This document shows positions 56,995-63,504 of a stretch of DNA of 64,000 nt, piece after piece. Where the stretch lies: the NCBI GenBank assembly GCA_910588045.1, contig CAJUPS010000008.1, positions 4,012-68,011 of the forward strand, written 5' to 3'. The stretch is from an uncultured Oscillospiraceae bacterium. GTDB taxonomy: Bacteria; Bacillota; Clostridia; Oscillospirales; Oscillospiraceae. The notes beneath the pieces are model-generated. The model ran no database searches and was not told where the DNA came from. It worked only from the letters and a program-made list of their open reading frames with translations. The position numbers and the translations under genes were made by a program. Every line of letters begins with the position of its first letter. Position 1 is the first letter of the stretch.

Positions 56995-58728
56995 TTATGC
57001 CTTGGCCGCAAGGGCGGCTTCCAGTTCGCCGTAGAAGACGGTCAGACGCTCGCCAAGGTCCATAACGATCATGTCGTCCTCGCCTTCGACGGTGACAACA
57101 AAATCAGTCAGGCCCTTGTACTCCACAAAGCTCTCCAGAACCTCGCGGAGAATCGCTACGGTCACAAGCTCGTCGGGGTCAAGGGGTTCGTCTTCGGTGT
57201 CGATGACCAGCGCCTCGTCAAGAGCCCAGTAGATCGCCTGTGCGTAGTCGTGGTCTGCCCACTGGAAGTCCTCGGGGAGCTCCACATCCTCGACGCCCTC
57301 GTACTGGCGCAGAGCCTCCAGCAGCTCGGCCGTGGAGATCAGGCCAGCCAGAGGGATTTCCTCGTCTTCGATGGTGGTAGCGTCGGCAGAAGCAGCAGCA
57401 AAGCCATCCACCATGGGAATGTCTTCATTCCCGGGAATAACAGGATCGTCTGGCTGCTCATTGTCCGTGGAAGGAACATAGAGAGAAAGCACCCTGTCAA
57501 AGTCCAGAGATGTTGTTCCCTCCGGCAGTTTTCCCGCGTGGATGGGATCTCCATTGTGGTCGTAAACGACATCCAAGTGGTTCCCCTCCGCGTCCGTAAT
57601 GGTGACGTTGCCCTCCTCGTCCACGGAGATGGTATAGCCGTTGCTGGTGTAACTGCCCATGCGTACCGCCATGACCGTGCCGGACTGTGCCTCATTTTCG
57701 GAGATCTCACCGCCGGACATCTGGAAGTTGCCGCCTTTGTTCTTGTCTTGATCTACCCCTATACCGCCTCCGCTGACGGACGATGTATTCTGGGTAATCT
57801 TGCCGCCAGTCATGTTGACTGTACCGTCAACCCGCACATATACACCGCCGCCACAGCTGTCCACATCTACCAGCTGGCCGCCGGACGGGCGTTTCCCCAC
57901 GGCTTTGTTGCCGCTGATCTCACCGTCACTCAAATTGAGGGTTCCATCTGATACAAAGACACCGCCGCCGTACTTGCCAGCCCGGTTGTCCGTGATCTCA
58001 CCACCGGTCATGTTAAAGGTAGCGCCTGTTGTCACACTTACACCGCCACCTACTGAACCACTCCAGTTATGTGTGATCTCTCCACCGGACATGTTGAAGG
58101 TCCCTCCGTAGTACACTCCAACACCGCCGCCTGTAGCGTTCTGCTGGTTGTCGCAGATGATCCCACCGGTCATATTGAAGGTAGCATTGTCCACATTTAC
58201 ACCCCTACCGACGTTTTGGGTGACCTTACCGCCGTTCAATGTGAACTCGCCGCCATTGTTTACAGCGATACCACCCGCGTTGGAACCGGTAATGATGCCC
58301 GTCTCTTCGCCGCGGGACTCAGCGCCTTCTTCCATTACTTTATCCATTATGGTCAAAGAGGTATCTTCACCGGTTACCTTAATAACAGGCCCGCTTTTTC
58401 CTCCTCGCCAGAAGATATAGCTGTCGTACCCTTCGTCGTAATTATCTTTAGTGGTCACCTTTTCGTTGAGTTGCAGCTTGTGGCCATTCAGGTCGATGTT
58501 GGCGTCTATGCCATCGCTGATAACGAGGGTCTTATCCAGGGTGAAGTCGCCGCTCAGGTAGTAGTCATACGCTTTGCTCTCGCTGCCCTCTACATCATAT
58601 CCGAGCAGTGCGCCAGTGTCGGTGTCGATGTAGTCCGTCGTAAGCTCCACCGCTGCAAACGCGGTGGTAGACAGCAGCGACAGCGCCATGATGAGGGCCA
58701 GGACCCGAGAAAAAATGTGCTTCTTCAT
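56995..58728 (-). CDS. Secreted repeat protein with a predicted parallel beta-helix (adhesin-like), signal peptide and acidic C-terminal domain
   Basis: Start reset to ATG 58728 (MKKHIFSRVLALIMALSLLSTTAFA, a signal peptide). Seven tandem repeats of about 25 aa of the type G-x-TFNM(T/S)GGEI(T/S)xN....GGGV.V. Confidence 0.75.
   Translation of the reverse strand: MKKHIFSRVLALIMALSLLSTTAFAAVELTTDYIDTDTGALLGYDVEGSESKAYDYYLSGDFTLDKTLVISDGIDANIDLNGHKLQLNEKVTTKDNYDEGYDSYIFWRGGKSGPVIKVTGEDTSLTIMDKVMEEGAESRGEETGIITGSNAGGIAVNNGGEFTLNGGKVTQNVGRGVNVDNATFNMTGGIICDNQQNATGGGVGVYYGGTFNMSGGEITHNWSGSVGGGVSVTTGATFNMTGGEITDNRAGKYGGGVFVSDGTLNLSDGEISGNKAVGKRPSGGQLVDVDSCGGGVYVRVDGTVNMTGGKITQNTSSVSGGGIGVDQDKNKGGNFQMSGGEISENEAQSGTVMAVRMGSYTSNGYTISVDEEGNVTITDAEGNHLDVVYDHNGDPIHAGKLPEGTTSLDFDRVLSLYVPSTDNEQPDDPVIPGNEDIPMVDGFAAASADATTIEDEEIPLAGLISTAELLEALRQYEGVEDVELPEDFQWADHDYAQAIYWALDEALVIDTEDEPLDPDELVTVAILREVLESFVEYKGLTDFVVTVEGEDDMIVMDLGERLTVFYGELEAALAAKA
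57688..58281 (-). repeat. Intragenic tandem repeats of about 75 bp encoding beta-helix coils
   Basis: The protein motifs FTLNGGKVTQN, FNMTGGIICDN, FNMSGGEITHN, FNMTGGEITDN, LNLSDGEISGN, VNMTGGKITQN and FQMSGGEISEN span residues about 150-347. Confidence 0.7.
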
Positions 58729-58756
58729 AGTTTCGTTTCCTTTCTTTGCATTATTC

Positions 58757-58937
58757 GGACGCAAAGGGAGTCCGGTAACCGAACGAGCATAGAGCCCGAG
58801 GGGCCCCACAGCCTCTGGTTTTGCGTCTTGCGGTTTCCCGCAATTTGCCGTGCAACCGGTCGAGCGTGGGGCGTTTGCCCCGACGCACCTGGCTTTGCGT
58901 CCCACTGTTTCCAATGGTTTGCCGATGGGATTTGCGT
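58757..58937 (-). ncRNA. Tandem c-di-GMP-I (GEMM-I)-like riboswitch aptamers in the 5' leader of the beta-helix protein gene
   Basis: Minus-strand aptamer 1 core is GGCAAACCATTGGAAACAGTGGGACGCAAAGCC (58923-58891), nearly identical to the Vc2 core GGCAAACCAUUCGAAAGAGUGGGACGCAAAGCC as I remember it. Aptamer 2 core is GGCAAATTGCGGGAAACCGCAAGACGCAAAACC (58849-58817). Both have a GNRA (GAAA) loop on the first helix and a second helix downstream. Confidence 0.65.
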
Positions 58938-59051
58938 AGGTAATTGATTTTGGGATGCATCCTCCTTCCATCAATTTATAGTCGAACTCCGTTTGGACAT
59001 ATACACCACCTGACCCGCCCCGAGGGTATGGCGGAAACAGGAGCATACACT

Positions 59052-59075
59052 TGTTGACAAAATTTTTATTTTGTC
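59052..59075. repeat. Left inverted repeat (IR-L) of the candidate invertible element
   Basis: TGTTGACAAAATTTTTATTTTGTC is the exact reverse complement of 59276-59299. Confidence 0.9.
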
Positions 59076-59124
59076 CTTTGGTTGCACGCTTTTAGGCAAC
59101 TAAGCCCCAAAGAAAAGCAAAAAA

Positions 59125-59190
59125 GGGCATGAAAAGTAAGGACTGCGCAAAATGCTTTTTCACAGTCCTTGGATTTTCATGTCCTTTTTT
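59125..59190. terminator. Bidirectional intrinsic terminator inside the invertible cassette
   Basis: Long imperfect hairpin GGGCATGAAAAGTAAGGACTG ... CAGTCCTTGGATTTTCATGTCC, with TTTTTT after it on the plus strand and TTTTTTGCTTTT after it on the minus strand. Confidence 0.6.
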
Positions 59191-59239
59191 CGTTAAACCG
59201 CTGATTTTGGGAAAACCGTCTTTCTTTTTTGGAAATCTA

Positions 59240-59248
59240 TGCTATAAT
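59240..59248 (+). promoter_or_regulatory. Extended -10 promoter element inside the invertible cassette, currently facing the recombinase gene
   Basis: TGCTATAAT (TGn + TATAAT). There is no good -35, as is common for extended -10 promoters. I saw no comparable -10 on the opposite strand of the cassette. Confidence 0.5.
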
Positions 59249-59275
59249 GAGGGAAAGCTAACTATGTAGAAATGC

Positions 59276-59299
59276 GACAAAATAAAAATTTTGTCAACA
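59276..59299. repeat. Right inverted repeat (IR-R) of the candidate invertible element
   Basis: GACAAAATAAAAATTTTGTCAACA is a 24/24 match to the reverse complement of IR-L. It lies 10 bp from the recombinase stop codon. Confidence 0.9.
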
Positions 59300-59308
59300 T
59301 GACGAAAG

Positions 59309-60133
59309 TCACGTGACCAGCCCCAACTTTTCCAGCTGCCGCGCATGTTCCGCACCGGAGGTCATCAGATAAATCCGGGTGGTGTTGATTGAACTATGGC
59401 CGAGAACGTCCGCCAACTTTACGATGTCCTTGCAGACTTTATAGAAGGTTGTGGCGAACAGGTGGCGGAGGTTATGGGGGAAGACTTTGCTTTCCTCCAC
59501 GCCTGCCTTTTTGCAGATGGCTTTCATTTCGCGCCAAATCTGGCCGCGCGAGATCGGCTTACCGCTTCCGGTGAGAAAAATCTCCCCGGAGGCGATTTTG
59601 TTTTTCTTGGCGTACTTGAGCAACTTCCGACGGAGCTTGTTGGGAAGTAAAATGCTGCGGATTTTGCCCTTGAGATTGATGTCCGTCGCCGTCCGGTTTG
59701 CAGCTTCAACAGTAATATAGCGGACCTCCGAAACGCGGATCCCCGTGGCGCAAATGGTCTCCATCAGGAGCTCCAATCGCTCCTGGCCCGTCTCACGGGC
59801 GGCGTCGAGTAAGCGCTGGTACTCCGCCTTGGTCAGCTCCTTGTTCTCCTCCCGGAACGCCTTCCTCTGCACTCGGAGAAACTTGATTTTGCAGTCTTCC
59901 CGACCCAGAAACCTGAGAAACCGATTGACAGCGGACAACATGGAGTTTATCGTCACTGGCGCATATCCCTGTTCCAGCAGGTACTCCCGCCAGCCGGATG
60001 CCTCCTCCAACTCCAGGTCATCCAGCCATGCCGCAAACGCCCGTACGTCCCGGCGGTACTTCTCCACAGTCCCTTTACTGCGCCCCTCGCTCTCCAAATA
60101 AGAGGTGAAGTTTAATATATCGTCTATACGCAT
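59309..60133 (-). CDS. Site-specific tyrosine recombinase (XerC/D-integrase family)
   Basis: 274 aa with an N-terminal SAM-like core-binding domain. Catalytic signature R (ATGIRVSE), HxxR (HNLRH) and H...Y (LGHSSINTTRIY). Confidence 0.9.
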   Translation of the reverse strand: MRIDDILNFTSYLESEGRSKGTVEKYRRDVRAFAAWLDDLELEEASGWREYLLEQGYAPVTINSMLSAVNRFLRFLGREDCKIKFLRVQRKAFREENKELTKAEYQRLLDAARETGQERLELLMETICATGIRVSEVRYITVEAANRTATDINLKGKIRSILLPNKLRRKLLKYAKKNKIASGEIFLTGSGKPISRGQIWREMKAICKKAGVEESKVFPHNLRHLFATTFYKVCKDIVKLADVLGHSSINTTRIYLMTSGAEHARQLEKLGLVT

Positions 60134-60142
60134 AAAATGAAT

Positions 60143-60182
60143 CCCCCTTTTGTGTTCCTTCTAAGTTTCACACAAAAGGGGG
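60143..60182 (-). promoter_or_regulatory. Perfect 13-bp hairpin immediately upstream of the recombinase ATG that sequesters its SD (terminator/attenuator-like)
   Basis: CCCCCTTTTGTGT / ACACAAAAGGGGG. On the minus strand the 3' arm ACACAAAAGGGGG carries the only purine-rich SD, 9 nt before ATG 60133. Confidence 0.5.
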
Positions 60183-60239
60183 AAAAGATGTATGAAATTG
60201 TGCAACGAATCAAAAATTTCTGCGCACCCAACTCTGTTC

Positions 60240-60929
60240 CTACAGCAAATCCTCGTACTCCAGCAGCGCCGCCAGCGCCTTTTCGTTGGGGCGGTAGAGG
60301 TAGCGCTTCGCGCTGGGGTCCGGCTCCCGGTCAAACCAGCCCAGAACGTTACGCCCCAGGATCACGCCGGTATTGGCCGGGCCGCCCTGCTTTTTCACAT
60401 CCTCTGCACGCATGGGACCGCTGTCCCGCAGAATGCGCACCACCCACAACGCCTGCTCCTTATAGGCGGTGAGGATCTTCTTTCGGCTCACGCCACCGGC
60501 GTTGACGCTGCCGGTGCGGCTCTCATGCTCCCGGATCACCGCCAGACGGCGCTTTCTATCCGGTCGCGGAGCGGACGCCTCCTTGGGATGCAGCACCACA
60601 TCCACCTGCCCGATCCCCCGGCTGGTGCGCCCCACAAAGATCAGACCCAGCTCCAGCCGACGGCACAGGGATTTCATATCCGGGATGCGGGGCGACATGT
60701 ATCCCCGCTTGGGCAGCGGCACGGCCACATAGACCCCGTCCGCCACCCGCTGCCGGTCCAGCGCCTGATAGATCAGCTCCAGGGTGAATCCCCGCTTGAG
60801 CTCTACCACGATCAGCTCCCCGTCCCGCAGAGCGGTGACGTCGCAGTCCTTTACCTCGCCCTTCACCTCGTAGCCCAGGCCCGTCAGGTAGTCCCGGACC
60901 GGGCCGTAGAGGTCGCTCTCCTTGTCCAT
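60240..60929 (-). CDS. Hypothetical protein with an N-terminal PD-(D/E)xK nuclease-like motif (possibly DUF2161-like)
   Basis: 229 aa. DVTALRDGELIVVELK fits D-x(n)-E-x-K. The C-terminal half looks like a winged helix. Its ATG shares 1 nt with the upstream stop (TGATG). Confidence 0.5.
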   Translation of the reverse strand: MDKESDLYGPVRDYLTGLGYEVKGEVKDCDVTALRDGELIVVELKRGFTLELIYQALDRQRVADGVYVAVPLPKRGYMSPRIPDMKSLCRRLELGLIFVGRTSRGIGQVDVVLHPKEASAPRPDRKRRLAVIREHESRTGSVNAGGVSRKKILTAYKEQALWVVRILRDSGPMRAEDVKKQGGPANTGVILGRNVLGWFDREPDPSAKRYLYRPNEKALAALLEYEDLL

Positions 60930-61894
60930 CAGTATCCCCGCTTCCGGTCCACCAGGTGCTCCAGGGGCTCTCCGGCGCCATAATGGGCCAGATCGCGGCA
61001 GAACATGTCAATATCCAGGTCGCAGGTCAGCCCCAGGGACATGTTCCCGGACACGTGGGGCGTGATGATCATATTGGGACAGCTCCACAGCGGGTGATCC
61101 GCCGGAAGGGGCTCGGGGGTCATCACATCCAGCGCCGCGCCTGCCAGACGCCCGCCTTGCAGCGCCTCCACCAACGCCTCCTGGTCGATGGCGGAGCCCC
61201 GGCCCACATTGACCATGTAGGCCGTCTCCGGCAGCAGGGCGAGACGCTCCCGGGAGAGGATCCCCGCCGTCTCCGCCGTGGCGGGGAGGGAGAGGATCAG
61301 CGCGTCCGCCCGGGGCAGGACGCCCTCCAGCCCGGACAGGGGCACCACCCGGTCAAACGCCGGTTCCGCCGCACGTCCGCTGCGGCACACACCGGTGACC
61401 TCCGCCCCCAGGGCCTTGAGCCTCCGGGCGGTGTTGGAGCCTATGTCCCCGGTCCCCAGCAGGACCATATAACTGCCCGTGATGGAACGGATGGGCGTGA
61501 GGAAGGGCCACTCCCGCCGGAGAAGGGGCTGCTGGTACTCCGGCATCCGCCGCAGCAGCATCAGCAGCACCATGAGGATATGCTCGGAGATCGTCGGGCC
61601 GTAGGCCCCGGAGGAGTTGGACAGCAGGCAATCCGGGTGGGGCCAGATGGCGTCGTCCAGCAGGTGGTCCACCCCGGCGGAGGCGGCGCACAGCCAGCGC
61701 AGGGATCTCGCGCCCGGCAGCAGCTCCGGAGGAATGTAGCCGAATAGGACCTCAAAGTCCGCGATCTTCTCCTCCAGCGCGGCCTGGGTATCAAAATAGG
61801 TGACGGAAAATCCTACGCTTTCCGCCGTCCGTTCGATCTGGAGGCGGTGGGCGTCGGTGATGAAATGACTGGCGCATACGGCGATGTTTTTCAT
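60929..61894 (-). CDS. D-isomer-specific 2-hydroxyacid dehydrogenase family protein
   Basis: Start ATG 61894 (MKNIAVCASHF), an ATGA overlap with the upstream gene. NAD fold VLLGTGDIGSNTARRL and catalytic-region motifs (VNVGRGSAID, ITPHVSG). Confidence 0.8.
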   Translation of the reverse strand: MKNIAVCASHFITDAHRLQIERTAESVGFSVTYFDTQAALEEKIADFEVLFGYIPPELLPGARSLRWLCAASAGVDHLLDDAIWPHPDCLLSNSSGAYGPTISEHILMVLLMLLRRMPEYQQPLLRREWPFLTPIRSITGSYMVLLGTGDIGSNTARRLKALGAEVTGVCRSGRAAEPAFDRVVPLSGLEGVLPRADALILSLPATAETAGILSRERLALLPETAYMVNVGRGSAIDQEALVEALQGGRLAGAALDVMTPEPLPADHPLWSCPNMIITPHVSGNMSLGLTCDLDIDMFCRDLAHYGAGEPLEHLVDRKRGY

Positions 61895-63504
61895 GTTGTT
61901 TCTCCTTCCCGCGCGGTATTTTTTATTGTTTCCAGAACCTTCTCCGCGGTCCGCAGTCCGTCGGCGGCGGCAGACAGGATGCCCCCGGCATAGCCCGCGC
62001 CCTCGCCGCAGGGCCACAGGCCCCGGACCGGGGACTGCCCGTCCTCCCCCCGCAGAATGCGCAGCGGGCAGGAGGACCGGGTCTCCGCCGCCGTCAGCAC
62101 CGCATCCGGGGCGGCATATCCCCGGACCTTTTTGTCCAGGATGGGCAGGGCCTCCGCAAGCGCCTCACAGATGAAGTCCGGCAGAACCTCCCACAGGTTG
62201 CACCACCGCACGCCGGGGCGGTAGGTCGGGAGCACCCTCCCCGGCCCGGCGGAGGGACGGCGGAGCAAAAAGTCCTCCACCCGCTGAACCGGAGCGGCAA
62301 AGCCGCCCTCTCCGGCGGCGTAGGCCCGCGCCTCCAGCTCCTGCTGAAAGGCGATCCCCGCCAGGGGGCCGTCCCCCGGGAAATCTGCCGGGGTGACGCC
62401 CACCAGCAGCCCGCCGTTGCAATTGATCCCGTCCCGCGCATAGAAGCTCATGCCGTTGGTCACCGCCCGGTCCCGCTCGCTGGCCGCGGCCACCACCTGT
62501 CCGCCGGGGCAGACGCAGAAGCTGAACACGCCCCGTCCGCTGTCCAGGTGGCAGCTGAGCTTGTAACTGGCCGCCGGAAGCCGGGGATGGCCCGCCAGGG
62601 CCTTGTATTGGGCCAGGTCGATGTCCGCCTGACGGTGCTCGATGCGCACGCCTACCGCCAGGGGCTTGGGCTCCATGGGAACACCGGCGGCGTACAGCAT
62701 TTCAAAGGTATCCCTGGCCCCGTTGCCCAGAGCCAGGACCACGGCCTCCGCCGGAAGGCGGTATGCACCCTCTGGACCTTCGACCTCCAGAGCGACCACC
62801 CGGCCGTCCAATATCTCCAGCCCCGCAAGCCGGTGGCCGAACCGGATGTCACCGCCCAATTTCTCCAGATCCCGGCGGATACTGACCAGCACTCGACGCA
62901 GATAGTCCGTGCCCACGTGGGGCTTCGCCTCCGTGAGGATGCTCTCCGGTGCGCCGTGGGCAACCAGCGTCTTCAGGATGAAGCGGTGGCGCAAGTCCCT
63001 GGTCCCGGTGTTCAGCTTGCCGTCGGAGAAGGCCCCCGCGCCGCCCTCGCCGAACTGGACGTTGGATTCCGGGTCCAGCTCTCCGGTCTCCCAGAATCGC
63101 TCTACGTCCTCCGCGCGCCGCTCCACGTTCCATCCCCGCTCCAGCAGGATGGGCCGCGCGCCGCAGCGGGCCAGGGCCAGGGCGCAGAACAGTCCTCCGG
63201 GTCCCGCGCCCACCACCACCGGCGGGAGGTCCGGCGGGCGCACGCCGTCCGGCAGACGGTACGGCGTCTCGTTGACCGGCGAGACATTTTTATTTTTGCA
63301 GCGTTTCAGCACATGACCCTCGTTTTTGACCTCTGCCCGCAGGGTGCAGATGAAGCGAACGCCCTCCCGGGCGTCGATCGCCCGGCGAAAAATCCAGCAC
63401 CGGAGGACGTCTCCCTCCGGCACCCGCAGTACGGCCGAGACCTTCTGCCGCAGAAGCTCCTCGTCCTCATCCAGTTCCAGCCTGACGCGCTCAATTTGCA
63501 GCAT
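61891..63504 (-). CDS. FAD-dependent oxidoreductase (COG2509-like uncharacterised dehydrogenase)
   Basis: Start ATG 63504 (MLQIERVRL) follows AAGGAAG. Dinucleotide fold VVVGAGPGGLFCALALA. The N-terminal ferredoxin-like extension is typical of this family. Confidence 0.75.
   Translation of the reverse strand: MLQIERVRLELDEDEELLRQKVSAVLRVPEGDVLRCWIFRRAIDAREGVRFICTLRAEVKNEGHVLKRCKNKNVSPVNETPYRLPDGVRPPDLPPVVVGAGPGGLFCALALARCGARPILLERGWNVERRAEDVERFWETGELDPESNVQFGEGGAGAFSDGKLNTGTRDLRHRFILKTLVAHGAPESILTEAKPHVGTDYLRRVLVSIRRDLEKLGGDIRFGHRLAGLEILDGRVVALEVEGPEGAYRLPAEAVVLALGNGARDTFEMLYAAGVPMEPKPLAVGVRIEHRQADIDLAQYKALAGHPRLPAASYKLSCHLDSGRGVFSFCVCPGGQVVAAASERDRAVTNGMSFYARDGINCNGGLLVGVTPADFPGDGPLAGIAFQQELEARAYAAGEGGFAAPVQRVEDFLLRRPSAGPGRVLPTYRPGVRWCNLWEVLPDFICEALAEALPILDKKVRGYAAPDAVLTAAETRSSCPLRILRGEDGQSPVRGLWPCGEGAGYAGGILSAAADGLRTAEKVLETIKNTAREGETT

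Larger units (their letters stand above)
59052..59299. mobile_element. Candidate invertible promoter element (inverton): IR-L, a 200-bp cassette, IR-R
   Basis: Perfect 24-bp IRs bracket a non-coding AT-rich 200-bp segment containing a promoter and a bidirectional terminator. A tyrosine recombinase gene is adjacent. Confidence 0.55.

Noticed and set aside
58751-58960. 69-aa minus-strand ORF (MHPKINYLRKSHRQ...) with GGAAGGAGG immediately before its ATG, located in the leader of the beta-helix gene.
   Set aside because: It spans exactly the two GEMM-I-like aptamers. The product is highly basic and low-complexity. The SD-like tract abuts the ATG with essentially no spacer. The sequence is better explained as structured RNA.
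59055-59060. TTGACA hexamers inside both inverted repeats, considered as -35 boxes of IR-borne promoters.
   Set aside because: No acceptable -10 lies 16-18 bp downstream in either direction (TTTGGT and CATTTC). The hexamer is more likely part of the recombinase recognition sequence.
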